A stretch of DNA of 15,285 bases from Longivirga aurantiaca. GTDB lineage: Bacteria > Actinomycetota > Actinomycetes > S36-B12 > CAIYMF01. The notes under the pieces are model-generated. The model ran no database searches, was not told the DNA's origin, and saw only the letters and a program-made list of their open reading frames with translations. This document shows positions 1 to 7,641 of the stretch, piece after piece; the stretch's first letter is position 1, and every line of letters starts with the position of its first letter. The DNA lies in contig NZ_JBHSTI010000065.1 of the NCBI RefSeq assembly GCF_042660085.1, forward strand, positions 1 to 15,285, in the 5' to 3' direction. The position numbers and the translations under genes were made by a program.

Positions 1-12
1 CGACGCGGTCGC

Positions 13-1854
13 CTAGAAGGCGGCCTCGTCGACGTCCATGAGGTCGTTGTCCGCGGCCTCGGCGATGGTGCGCTCGGCCGTGAGCAGCGGGAAGCGCTGC
101 GCCGCGAAGAACTTCGCCGCAGCGATCTTGCCGGTGTAGAAGTCGCGGTCCTTGTCCGACACGTCGCCGGCGAGGGCCTCCACCGCGACAGCCGCCTGGC
201 GCAGGAGCAGCCAGCCGATGATGAGGTCGCCGAGGCAGAGCAGCAGGCGTGTGGTGTGCTGTCCGACCTTGTAGAGCTCGGTCTTGTCCTGCTGCGACTT
301 CATCGCGTAGCCGCCGAGCGTGCCGACGATGCCCTGCACGTCCTCGAGCGCCTTGCCCAGCATCTCGCGCTCCTTGGCGAGCTTGCCGTTGCCGGCGTCG
401 CCCTTGGCGAAGTCCTGGATCTCGCCGCCGACGCGCGTGAGCGCCTGGAACTGGTCGCGCACCATCTTGCGGAAGAACAGGTCGAGGCCCTGGATCGCCG
501 TGGTGCCCTCGTAGAGCGTGTCGATCTTGGAGTCGCGCATGTACTGCTCGATCGGGTAGTCCTGCAGGAAGCCCGAGCCGCCGAGCGTCTGCAGCGACTG
601 CGTGAGCTGCTCGAACGAGCGCTCCGAGCCGACGCCCTTCACGATCGGGAGCAGCAGGTCGTTGACGCGCTCGGCGAGGTCGAGGTCGACCTCGGCGTCG
701 CCGCCGAGCAGGTTGAGCTCGACCTGGTCCTGCCACCACGCCGTGTAGTGCACGAGAGCGCGCATGCCCTCGGCGTACGACTTCTGCAGCATGAGGCTGC
801 GGCGGACGTCGGGGTGGTGCGTGATGGTCACGCGCGGCGCGTCCTTGTCGGCGAACTCGGCGAGGTCGCCGCCCTGCACGCGGTTCTTGGCGTACTCGAG
901 GGCGTTCAGGTAACCGGTCGACAGCGTGGCGATCGCCTTGGTGCCCACCATCATCCGGGCGTACTCGATGACCTTGAACATCTGCGCGATGCCGTCGTGC
1001 ACGTCGCCCACGAGCCAGCCGACAGCCGGCTCCTTGTCGCCGAAGGTGAGCTCGCAGGTCGTGGAGACCTTGATGCCCATCTTCTTCTCGACGTTGGTCG
1101 TGTAGACGCCGTTGCGCTCGCCGGTGAGCTCACCCGTCGCGTGGTCGAAGTGGAACTTCGGGACGACGAACAGCGAGAGGCCCTTCGTGCCGCCGCGCGC
1201 GCCCTCGGGGCGCGCGAGCACCAGGTGCACGATGTTCTCGGTCATGTCGTGCTCGGCGGAGGTGATGAACCGCTTCACGCCGGTGATGTGCCAGGTGCCG
1301 TCGGCCTGCTGCACGGCCTTGGTGCGGCCGGCGCCGACGTCGGAGCCGGCGTCGGGCTCGGTGAGCACCATGGTGGCGCCCCACTGGCGCTCGATCATGA
1401 TCTGGGCGATCTTCTTCTGCTCCTCGTTGCCGAGGTGGTCGAGGATCGCGGCGAAGCCGGGGCCCGACATGTACATGAACGCCGGCGGGTTGGCGCCGAG
1501 CATGAGCTCGCTCGCGGCCCAGCGCAGCGAGGGCGGGGCGCCCGGGCCGCCGAGGTGCTTGGGCAGGTCGAGGGTCCAGAAGTGGGAGTCCATCAGCGCC
1601 TTGTACGACGCCTTGAAGCCCTCGGGCATCGTGACCGTGCAGGCGACCGGGTCGTAGACCGGCGGGGTGCGGTCGGCCTCGACGAACGACGCGGCCAGCG
1701 GGCCGGTCGCGAGGCGCTCGACCTCGACGAGGGTGTGCCGCGCGGTCTCGACGTCGAGGTCGGCGAACGGGCCGTGGCCCAGCCTGTCCTGCGCCCCGAA
1801 GACCTCGAAGAGGTTGAACTCGATGTCGCGCAGGTTGGACTTGTAGTGGCTCAT
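13..1854 (-). CDS. Acyl-CoA dehydrogenase (FadE-like, with C-terminal extension), 613 aa
   Basis: Full-length ORF with acyl-CoA dehydrogenase motifs: [47 protein letters not shown], and C-terminal [16 protein letters not shown]-type region. Confidence 0.93.
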   Translation of the reverse strand: MSHYKSNLRDIEFNLFEVFGAQDRLGHGPFADLDVETARHTLVEVERLATGPLAASFVEADRTPPVYDPVACTVTMPEGFKASYKALMDSHFWTLDLPKHLGGPGAPPSLRWAASELMLGANPPAFMYMSGPGFAAILDHLGNEEQKKIAQIMIERQWGATMVLTEPDAGSDVGAGRTKAVQQADGTWHITGVKRFITSAEHDMTENIVHLVLARPEGARGGTKGLSLFVVPKFHFDHATGELTGERNGVYTTNVEKKMGIKVSTTCELTFGDKEPAVGWLVGDVHDGIAQMFKVIEYARMMVGTKAIATLSTGYLNALEYAKNRVQGGDLAEFADKDAPRVTITHHPDVRRSLMLQKSYAEGMRALVHYTAWWQDQVELNLLGGDAEVDLDLAERVNDLLLPIVKGVGSERSFEQLTQSLQTLGGSGFLQDYPIEQYMRDSKIDTLYEGTTAIQGLDLFFRKMVRDQFQALTRVGGEIQDFAKGDAGNGKLAKEREMLGKALEDVQGIVGTLGGYAMKSQQDKTELYKVGQHTTRLLLCLGDLIIGWLLLRQAAVAVEALAGDVSDKDRDFYTGKIAAAKFFAAQRFPLLTAERTIAEAADNDLMDVDEAAF

Positions 1855-1896
1855 GGCCCGGTCTCCCGTGTTCGGCCAGCCGGGAGCGGCTGGCGG

Positions 1897-1933
1897 TTAC
1901 CCGTCGGTAACCCATGATGCTACCGACCGGTAA
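1897..1933. promoter_or_regulatory. Two tandem operator-like dyads TTACCcgtcGGTAA (1897-1910) and TACCgaccGGTA (1921-1932)
   Basis: Both read TACC-N4-GGTA, centres 23 bp apart, 43-79 bp upstream of the acyl-CoA dehydrogenase ATG; typical form of TetR-family operators. Confidence 0.55.
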
Positions 1934-1994
1934 CTCCCGCAAGACCACCCGGGTCACGAATCCGCTGAGAGCGCGTCGTCGCAGGTCAGAGCCC

Positions 1995-2056
1995 CGAGTT
2001 ACTGCCCACAGTGGGGTGTTGAACGCGCCTGTAGCCCCACTTCGGGCAGTAGCTCG
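1995..2056. terminator. Long imperfect inverted repeat, candidate terminator or palindromic repeat element
   Basis: CGAGTTACTGCCCACAGTGGGG (1995-2016) / CCCCACTTCGGGCAGTAGCTCG (2035-2056), 22-position stem with one G.T-type pair and one 2-nt mismatch, 18-nt loop; just downstream of the permease stop at 2070. Confidence 0.5.
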
Positions 2057-2069
2057 CGCACGGTCCAGC

Positions 2070-3662
2070 TCACACGGGGGTGTCGCGGCGGCGCCAGCCC
2101 GCGAGCCCGACGAGCGACAGGGCGACGGCGATGAGCAGGAGCGAGGCCAGCGGGACGACGGCGTCGCCCGTGACGGGCAGCCGCGGCGACCAGTGCAGCG
2201 GGGACAGGCCCATCAGCCATCCGGGCGCCCCCCACAGCGATCCGAACTCGCCGAGCGCCACGAACGCCACGAGCAGCCCCCACGCCAGACCCGAAGCGCG
2301 GGGGACCCACCCGAAGAGGAGCAGGACGAGGCTGGTCACGACCCAGGCGGCGGGCACCTGGGCAAGCCCCGCAACCACGATGCGCGAGATCTGCCCGGTG
2401 TCGCCGAGGGACTGCGCCGCCGCGGCACCGAGTGCGAGGCCGACCAGCAGCATCAGCGCCGCGACGCCGCACCATGCGATGACGTAGTGGCTCAGCGCCC
2501 ACCGCGTGCGCGTCGTCGAGGTGGCGAGCAGAGGCTCGAGCCGGCCCTCGACCTCTTCCGAGCGCAACCGCTCGGCGGCCGATATGCCGTACGCCGCAGC
2601 GATGGCGCCGATGATCGCGACCTCCGCGCCGAGGAACCCGTCGACCAGGATGCCGGAGCCGCCGATCTTGTCGAAGAGCTCGCGCATCTCCTCCGACGTG
2701 ATGAGGTCGTCGACGGTGCTGGCCAACGAACCGAGCAGCGCACCGAACACCACGAACGCGGTCGCCCATGCGATGAGCGAGCGCCCCTGCAGGCGCCACG
2801 CCAGCGACCCGATCCCGGACAGTGCTCCGCGCGCAGGCCCTCGCCGGTCCGCGCGCAGGCCCGCCCCGAGGTCGCGAGCGGCCCTCAGCCGGTAGGCGAC
2901 CGCCATCAGGACCGCCGTCACCAGCAGGGGGAGGAGAAGGACCGACCAGCGATCACCGGCGTACGCGCGCAGCTGCTGGTTCCACCCGATCGGCGACAGC
3001 CACGACAGCCACGACGGGCCCGGCTCGGCGAGATCGCCGACGGCGCGCAGCCCGTAGGTCACCGCGATCACGAGGAGCCCGATCCCGCGTGCAGTCCGGG
3101 CGTTCGTCGTCAGCTGCGCGACCACTGCGCCCACGGAGGCGTACACGATGCCCGTTGCCGCCCATCCGGCACCGAACGCGAGCGATCCCACGAACGGCAG
3201 CCCGGACGCAGTGTTGGCGATGGTGGTGAGTACGCCGATGGACACGCTGGCGATGGCCGCGAGCAGGAGGGCGGCCGTCAGGGGCGCATCGCGGCCGAGG
3301 CGGCCTCCGCTGAGCAGCTCCAGCCGACCCGGTTCCTCCTCCGCCCGGGTGTGCCGGATCACCAGGAACAGCATGACGATTCCGATGATCGCGGCGCCGA
3401 ACGCGGTGAGCTTGATCATCGAGAGCGCACCGATCGACTGCGGGTCGTAGACCCGGCCGTACAGCGCGACGATCGCTGCGGAGGAGTTGATCGCCTCTGC
3501 GGCGACCAGCCGCTGCTCCTCGGTCGGGTACAGGTCGACTGTCGCCGCCGCGGAGAGCCCTGCCATCCCTGCCATGCCGAGCACCCACGCCGGCACGAGG
3601 ATGCGGTCGCGCCGCGCGGCCAGGCGCAGCATCGTGCCGAGGCCGGCCTGCGTGTCAGGCAT
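2070..3662 (-). CDS. ABC-2 type multidrug/polyketide-exporter permease, about 530 aa
   Basis: Track ORF extends to 3737 but the ATG at 3662 (MPDTQAGLGTMLRLAARRDR...) fits an ABC-2 permease start and overlaps the upstream ATPase stop as ATGCCTGA; multiple hydrophobic segments. Confidence 0.85.
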   Translation of the reverse strand: MPDTQAGLGTMLRLAARRDRILVPAWVLGMAGMAGLSAAATVDLYPTEEQRLVAAEAINSSAAIVALYGRVYDPQSIGALSMIKLTAFGAAIIGIVMLFLVIRHTRAEEEPGRLELLSGGRLGRDAPLTAALLLAAIASVSIGVLTTIANTASGLPFVGSLAFGAGWAATGIVYASVGAVVAQLTTNARTARGIGLLVIAVTYGLRAVGDLAEPGPSWLSWLSPIGWNQQLRAYAGDRWSVLLLPLLVTAVLMAVAYRLRAARDLGAGLRADRRGPARGALSGIGSLAWRLQGRSLIAWATAFVVFGALLGSLASTVDDLITSEEMRELFDKIGGSGILVDGFLGAEVAIIGAIAAAYGISAAERLRSEEVEGRLEPLLATSTTRTRWALSHYVIAWCGVAALMLLVGLALGAAAAQSLGDTGQISRIVVAGLAQVPAAWVVTSLVLLLFGWVPRASGLAWGLLVAFVALGEFGSLWGAPGWLMGLSPLHWSPRLPVTGDAVVPLASLLLIAVALSLVGLAGWRRRDTPV

Positions 3663-4569
3663 CCGGTGCCGCCTCCGTCGTCGCCAGCTCGTAGTGGCCG
3701 AGGAACAGCTCCTCCAACGACGGCGGGCGGCTCTCAAGCGTGACGATCCCTGCCGCCGCGAGGTGCGACACCAGCTCGTTGAGCGCCCGAGGCTCGACGG
3801 TGCAGTGCAGCTCGTTGCCCTGATGGCGGACGTCGTGGAGCCCGTCGACGTCCTCGATGCCGTGCAACGTGTGCTCGGTGACGGCCACGACGGTCATGCG
3901 CTGCAGGTGCCGGAGGTCGGCGAGCGAGCCGGTCTCCACGGTGCGACCCGCACGGACGATCGACACGCGGTCGCACACGGCGTCGACCTCGGCGAGCACA
4001 TGGCTGGACAGCAGCACTGTCCGGCCGTCGGTGCGCAGCCGCCGGACGTAGCCGCGGAAGCTCTCCTCCATCAGCGGGTCGAGGCCGCTCGTCGGCTCGT
4101 CGAGGAGGAATACCTCGGCGTCCGAGGCGAGGGCGGCGACGAGGGCGACCTTCTGGCGGTTGCCCTTCGAGTACGACCGCGACTTCTTCGTGGGGTCGAG
4201 CTCGAACATCTCGAGCAGCTCGTCACGCCGGGTCCGGTCGTGGCCGCCCTGCAGCCGCCCCATGAGGTCGATGACCTCGCCGCCGGTGAGGTTGGGCCAG
4301 AGCGCGACATCGCCCGGGACGTAGGCCAGGCGCGCGTGCAACGCGGTGCTGTCGCGCCAGGGGTCCATGCCGAGCACGACCGCTGCCCCCGCATCGGCCC
4401 GGGCCGTGCCCAGCATCACGCGCAAGGTCGTCGTCTTCCCCGCGCCGTTCGGGCCGAGGAACCCGTGCACCTCGCCGCGGCGTACCTGCAGGTCGAGGCC
4501 GTCGAGCGCCTTCGTCGTCCCGTAGTGCTTGACGAGGCCCTGGATGTCGATGACTACGTCTGTGCCCAC
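3655..4569 (-). CDS. ABC transporter ATP-binding protein, 304 aa
   Basis: Walker A GPNGAGKTT, signature YSKGNRQKVALVAAL, Walker B VFLLDEPTSGLDP, H-loop SSHVLAEVD. Confidence 0.95.
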   Translation of the reverse strand: MGTDVVIDIQGLVKHYGTTKALDGLDLQVRRGEVHGFLGPNGAGKTTTLRVMLGTARADAGAAVVLGMDPWRDSTALHARLAYVPGDVALWPNLTGGEVIDLMGRLQGGHDRTRRDELLEMFELDPTKKSRSYSKGNRQKVALVAALASDAEVFLLDEPTSGLDPLMEESFRGYVRRLRTDGRTVLLSSHVLAEVDAVCDRVSIVRAGRTVETGSLADLRHLQRMTVVAVTEHTLHGIEDVDGLHDVRHQGNELHCTVEPRALNELVSHLAAAGIVTLESRPPSLEELFLGHYELATTEAAPDA

Positions 4570-4696
4570 GCGTCCTTCCTACTCCTCCATGGACGCCGAT
4601 GGGGCAGCAGCAGAAACCGACGAGACGACAGGGCGATCCCGGGCCTACCGTGGTGTCGAGAGCGCGCCGTCCGGCGCCGCACCTGAGGAGGACGTC

Positions 4697-4744
4697 ATGG
4701 CTGCCCGAATCTCTGCCGGCGTCCCCGGGATCGCCTGCGGCTGA
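4697..4744 (+). other. Candidate 15-codon leader ORF MAARISAGVPGIACG
   Basis: AGGAGG at 4686-4691, 5 nt before ATG 4697, stop TGA at 4742-4744; followed by dyad GCCCGC(4796-4801)/GCGGGC(4814-4819) before rsgA. Confidence 0.3.
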
Positions 4745-4836
4745 GCCGTTCTCGCTCGCCGTACCTCCCGCTCGACCCCGGCCTCCCCGACCGCAGCCCG
4801 CGCGCACGGCGCAGCGGGCCCACCGCTGGAGCCCAG

Positions 4837-5886
4837 GTGTCCACTGCTGTCCCGTCCCTCGCCGATCTCGGCTGGGACCCGTCCTTCCTCCCCGATCCGT
4901 CCGACGACGACGTCCGCCCAGCGCGCGTCACGCTGCAGGGCCGCGACGTGTGGCGCGTGCACGACGGCGCAGCCGAGCACAGCGTCGGGGTCCGCGGCCG
5001 GCTGCGTGCCGAGCCCGGGTCGTTGCCCGTCGCGGGCGACTGGGTGCTGCTCGCCGGCGGTGCCGCCGACCCCGTGATCGAGGCCGTGCTGCCCCGCCGT
5101 ACGACGCTCGCGCGCAAGCAGGCCGGGCAGCGCACGGTCGAGCAGGTGATCGCCGCGAACGTCGACCTGGTGCTCGTCTGCGCCCCGGCGCACTCGCTCA
5201 ACGCCCGACGCCTCGAGCGCGAGCTCACCGTCGTCTGGGAGTCGGGCGCGATGCCGGTCGTGGTCGTCACGAAGTCCGACCTCCTGCACGGCGACGTCGC
5301 GCAGACGCTCGACGAGGTGCGCTCCGTCGCGATCGGGGTCGAGGTGCTCGCGGTGTCGTCGTACGACGGCGACGGCCTCGACGTCGTGCGCGCGCTCATC
5401 CCGCCCGGCGTCACCGGCGCTGCGATCGGGCCGTCGGGCGCAGGGAAGTCGACGCTCGTGAACGCGCTCGTCGGCCATGAGGTGCTGGCCACCACCGCGG
5501 TGCGCAGCGACAACCGCGGAGTACACACGACGTCGGCCCGGCACCTGGTGCCGCTGCCAGGCGGCGGCCTGGTGCTCGACACCCCGGGGATGCGCGAGCT
5601 GGTGATCTGGGCCGACGACGACGCGCTCGAGGCGACGTTCGTCGACGTCGACACGCTCGCCGCCGGCTGCCGCTTCAGCGACTGCGGCCACCACTCGGAG
5701 CCGGGGTGCGCGGTGCTCGCCGCGGTCGAGGCTGGCGAGCTCGACGAGGACCGCCTCGAGTCGTGGCGCAAGCTGCAGCGCGAGCTCGCGCACCTCGCCC
5801 GCAAGCAGGACGCACGGCTCGCCTCGGAGGAGCGCAGGCGCTGGGCCCAGCTGACGCGCGAGGGCCGCTCGCGCTCCCGCCCCTGA
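4837..5886 (+). CDS. rsgA: Ribosome small-subunit-dependent GTPase A, 349 aa
   Basis: Circularly permuted GTPase: TKSD before GPSGAGKSTLVNAL before DTPGMREL, then C-terminal Zn-binding CRFSDCGHHSEPGC. GTG start with GGAG at 4828-4831. Confidence 0.95.
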   Translation: MSTAVPSLADLGWDPSFLPDPSDDDVRPARVTLQGRDVWRVHDGAAEHSVGVRGRLRAEPGSLPVAGDWVLLAGGAADPVIEAVLPRRTTLARKQAGQRTVEQVIAANVDLVLVCAPAHSLNARRLERELTVVWESGAMPVVVVTKSDLLHGDVAQTLDEVRSVAIGVEVLAVSSYDGDGLDVVRALIPPGVTGAAIGPSGAGKSTLVNALVGHEVLATTAVRSDNRGVHTTSARHLVPLPGGGLVLDTPGMRELVIWADDDALEATFVDVDTLAAGCRFSDCGHHSEPGCAVLAAVEAGELDEDRLESWRKLQRELAHLARKQDARLASEERRRWAQLTREGRSRSRP

Positions 5887-5887
5887 T

Positions 5888-5939
5888 CGATCTGGATGCC
5901 TCGGAGGCACCTAGAGCGGACTCTCAGGCATCCAGATCG
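5888..5939. terminator. Convergent/bidirectional hairpin between rsgA and glxA-like gene
   Basis: CGATCTGGATGCCT (5888-5901) / AGGCATCCAGATCG (5926-5939), perfect 14-bp arms, 24-nt loop, immediately after rsgA stop and before the convergent stop at 5948. Confidence 0.75.
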
Positions 5940-5947
5940 GGTGAGGC

Positions 5948-6970
5948 TCAGGCGGTCTGGGCGTCGGTCTCGTCGGGGACGCAGCAGAACGTGCGGCGGT
6001 AGGCGAGCGGCGAGGTGCCGCGGATCCGGCCGAAGTGGTGGCGCAGGACGGTGCCCGAGCCGAAGCCGACCTTCGTGGCGATCTCGTCGACGCCGAGGGT
6101 GGTGTCCTCGAGGAGCCTGCTCGCGGCGTCGACTCTGCGGGAGATCAGCCAGGAGTACGGCGTGGTGCCCGCCTCCTCGCGGAAGCGCCGCGCGAAGGTG
6201 CGCGGGCTCATGAGCGCATGCTGCGCCATGTCGTCGACGCCGATCTCCTCGTCGAGGTGCGCGAGCATCCAGTCGAGCGTGGGGCCGAGGCCATCCTCGC
6301 TCGTGACGGGGATGGGCAGGGCGACGTACTGCGCCTGGCCGCCGTCGCGGTGCGGCGGCACCACCATGCGCCGCGCGATCGCGTTCGCGACGCGCGAGCC
6401 GTAGTCCTGGCGCACCACGTGCAGGCAGAGGTCGATGCCGGCCGCGGTGCCCGCGCTCGTGAGGATCTGGCCGTCCTCGACGTAGAGGACGTCGGGCTGC
6501 ACGTCGATCGTCGGGTAGCGCCGGGCGAAGTCCTCGACGTAGCGCCAGTGCGTCGTCGCCTTGCGCCCCTCGAGCAGTCCGGCGGCAGCGGCGACGTACG
6601 AGCCGGTGCACACGGTGAGGATGCGCGCGCCACGGGCCACGGCTGCATGCAGCGCCTCGACCACGTCGGGGGCGAGCACGAGGTCGACCCCGGGCTCCTC
6701 GTCGAGACCGAGGGCCGGGATGCAGATGATGTCCGCCGTCGCGACGCGGTCGAGCCGGTGCTCGGGCAGGAGGTCCATGCCGCCGTACGACGCGTGCACG
6801 CGCTCGTGCACCGAGGCGACGGCGAAGTCGAAGGCGGGCACGCCGTCCTCGGTGCGGTCGACGCCGAACACCTCGTAGACGACGCCGAGCTCGAACGGTG
6901 CGTACGTCTCGCCGACGAGCAGGGCGACGACGTCACGGGCGGGTGCGGCCATGGGAGGAGGATGCCGCAT
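5948..6970 (-). CDS. GlxA-family transcriptional regulator (DJ-1/PfpI-like domain plus AraC-type HTH), about 340 aa
   Basis: N-terminal DVVALLVGETYAPFELGVVYEVFG, ILTVCTGSYVAAAAGLLEGRKATTHW; C-terminal AraC HTH SPRTFARRFREEAGTTPYSWLISRRVDAASRLLEDT...IATKVGFGSGTVLRHHFGRIRGTSPLAYRRTF. Start at 6970 or 6952; the track start at 7144 overlaps the divergent gene. Confidence 0.9.
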   Translation of the reverse strand: MRHPPPMAAPARDVVALLVGETYAPFELGVVYEVFGVDRTEDGVPAFDFAVASVHERVHASYGGMDLLPEHRLDRVATADIICIPALGLDEEPGVDLVLAPDVVEALHAAVARGARILTVCTGSYVAAAAGLLEGRKATTHWRYVEDFARRYPTIDVQPDVLYVEDGQILTSAGTAAGIDLCLHVVRQDYGSRVANAIARRMVVPPHRDGGQAQYVALPIPVTSEDGLGPTLDWMLAHLDEEIGVDDMAQHALMSPRTFARRFREEAGTTPYSWLISRRVDAASRLLEDTTLGVDEIATKVGFGSGTVLRHHFGRIRGTSPLAYRRTFCCVPDETDAQTA

Positions 6971-6973
6971 CAC

Positions 6974-7020
6974 TGGCAGGAAGTCTACGTGGACTGGCTT
7001 TCCTGCCACTGGTGACAGGA
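6974..7020. promoter_or_regulatory. Inverted/direct repeat cluster in the divergent promoter region, candidate regulator operator
   Basis: TGGCAGGAA (6974-6982) / TTCCTGCCA (7000-7008), plus TCCTG (7001-7005)/CAGGA (7016-7020) and CACTGG copies. Confidence 0.45.
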
Positions 7021-7045
7021 TCCCTACGCGAGCAGGATTACTGCC

Positions 7046-7216
7046 ATGACCACCGCAGCGTTCCTCCTCCTCCTGCTGCTCGCGACCACCGCCCTCGCCG
7101 TGGTCGCCGTCGTCCGGGCCGTGCGCCGGGACCCCGCCCGTCACGTCCCGTGCTCCGCGTGCGACGCCTTCGCCCCCCGGTGGAACGACGGCGGCGTCGG
7201 CCGCTGGTCGGTCTGA
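7046..7216 (+). CDS. Small single-pass membrane protein with cytosolic CxxC motif, 56 aa
   Basis: ATG 7046 to TGA 7216: MTTAAFLLLLLLATTALAVVAVVRAVRRDPARHVPCSACDAFAPRWNDGGVGRWSV; N-terminal TM helix, positive-inside arginines, CSAC; followed by a strong hairpin. Confidence 0.6.
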   Translation: MTTAAFLLLLLLATTALAVVAVVRAVRRDPARHVPCSACDAFAPRWNDGGVGRWSV

Positions 7217-7231
7217 CCCGCCGCGGACCGA

Positions 7232-7264
7232 ACCGCCCGGACACGCACCGCGTGCCCGGGCGGT
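7232..7264 (+). terminator. Hairpin downstream of the small CxxC protein gene
   Basis: ACCGCCCGG-A-CACGC-ACC-GCGTG-C-CCGGGCGGT: 9+5 bp stem with one A/C mismatch and 3-nt loop, 15 nt after the stop codon. Confidence 0.7.
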
Positions 7265-7513
7265 CGCGCGTCAGACGACCGAGCCGTCCGGGGCCTCACC
7301 CGGGGAGGTGGTGCGTCGGACCCGTGCGGTGCGCTCGCGGCACGCGCAGAGCGTGGGCCGACGGGTACGCGGCGCCGCCTTCGTCGGCTGACACAGAGTG
7401 ACGATGAGTATGGGCCGTTCGGCTGACTGGGACACAGCGAGCAGATGAGGTTCGGGGAGCGGCACCTCTATGAACAGGGATGATTACACAGAGTGAAATA
7501 GCCGAGAGAATGT

Positions 7514-7540
7514 GGAACTCACCGTGCGTAAGTGGTCGTC
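7514..7540 (+). promoter_or_regulatory. Possible ECF-sigma-type promoter for the 698-aa secreted protein gene
   Basis: GGAAC (7514-7518), 16 nt, then GTC (7535-7537); resembles GGAAC-N16-GTC actinobacterial ECF promoters. Confidence 0.25.
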
Positions 7541-7570
7541 GAGGCGAAACAGTGGCCTTGCTTGAGCAAA

Positions 7571-7617
7571 CCATGAGGTTGCGTGACGGGGACCCGCACC
7601 GCTGGCTCATGGACCAG
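7571..7617 (+). promoter_or_regulatory. Structured 5' leader of the 698-aa secreted protein gene
   Basis: Outer stem CCATGAG (7571-7577)/CTCATGG (7606-7612) enclosing GTG-a-CGG-ggac-CCG-CAC (7583-7599); alternative CTGG(7602-7605)/CCAG(7614-7617). Confidence 0.4.
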
Positions 7618-7641
7618 TCCTAGGGGAAGGACGTCCATCGC

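Noticed and set aside
256-1917. 553-aa plus-strand ORF opposite the acyl-CoA dehydrogenase
   Set aside because: Antisense shadow of a well-supported conserved gene; no domain motifs.
1971-2070. tRNA or other structural RNA gene near the long dyad
   Set aside because: No cloverleaf, T-loop (GTTCRA) or acceptor pattern; only a simple long stem is apparent.
1914-3743. 609-aa plus-strand ORF opposite the ABC permease
   Set aside because: Antisense shadow; composition (RRPR/HHDR-rich) not protein-like.
4599-6611. Several long overlapping frames around rsgA (4599..5480, 4645..5910, 4695..6611)
   Set aside because: Out-of-frame or antisense shadows of rsgA and the GlxA-like gene.
7271-7465. 64-aa and 104-aa minus-strand ORFs upstream of the secreted-protein gene
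   Set aside because: No SD, no recognisable domain, and they overlap apparent regulatory DNA.
7545-7612. c-di-GMP-I (GEMM) riboswitch
   Set aside because: Contains GCAAACC, but the conserved GGGACGCAAAGCC element and the second helix are not recognisable by eye; not called without Infernal support.
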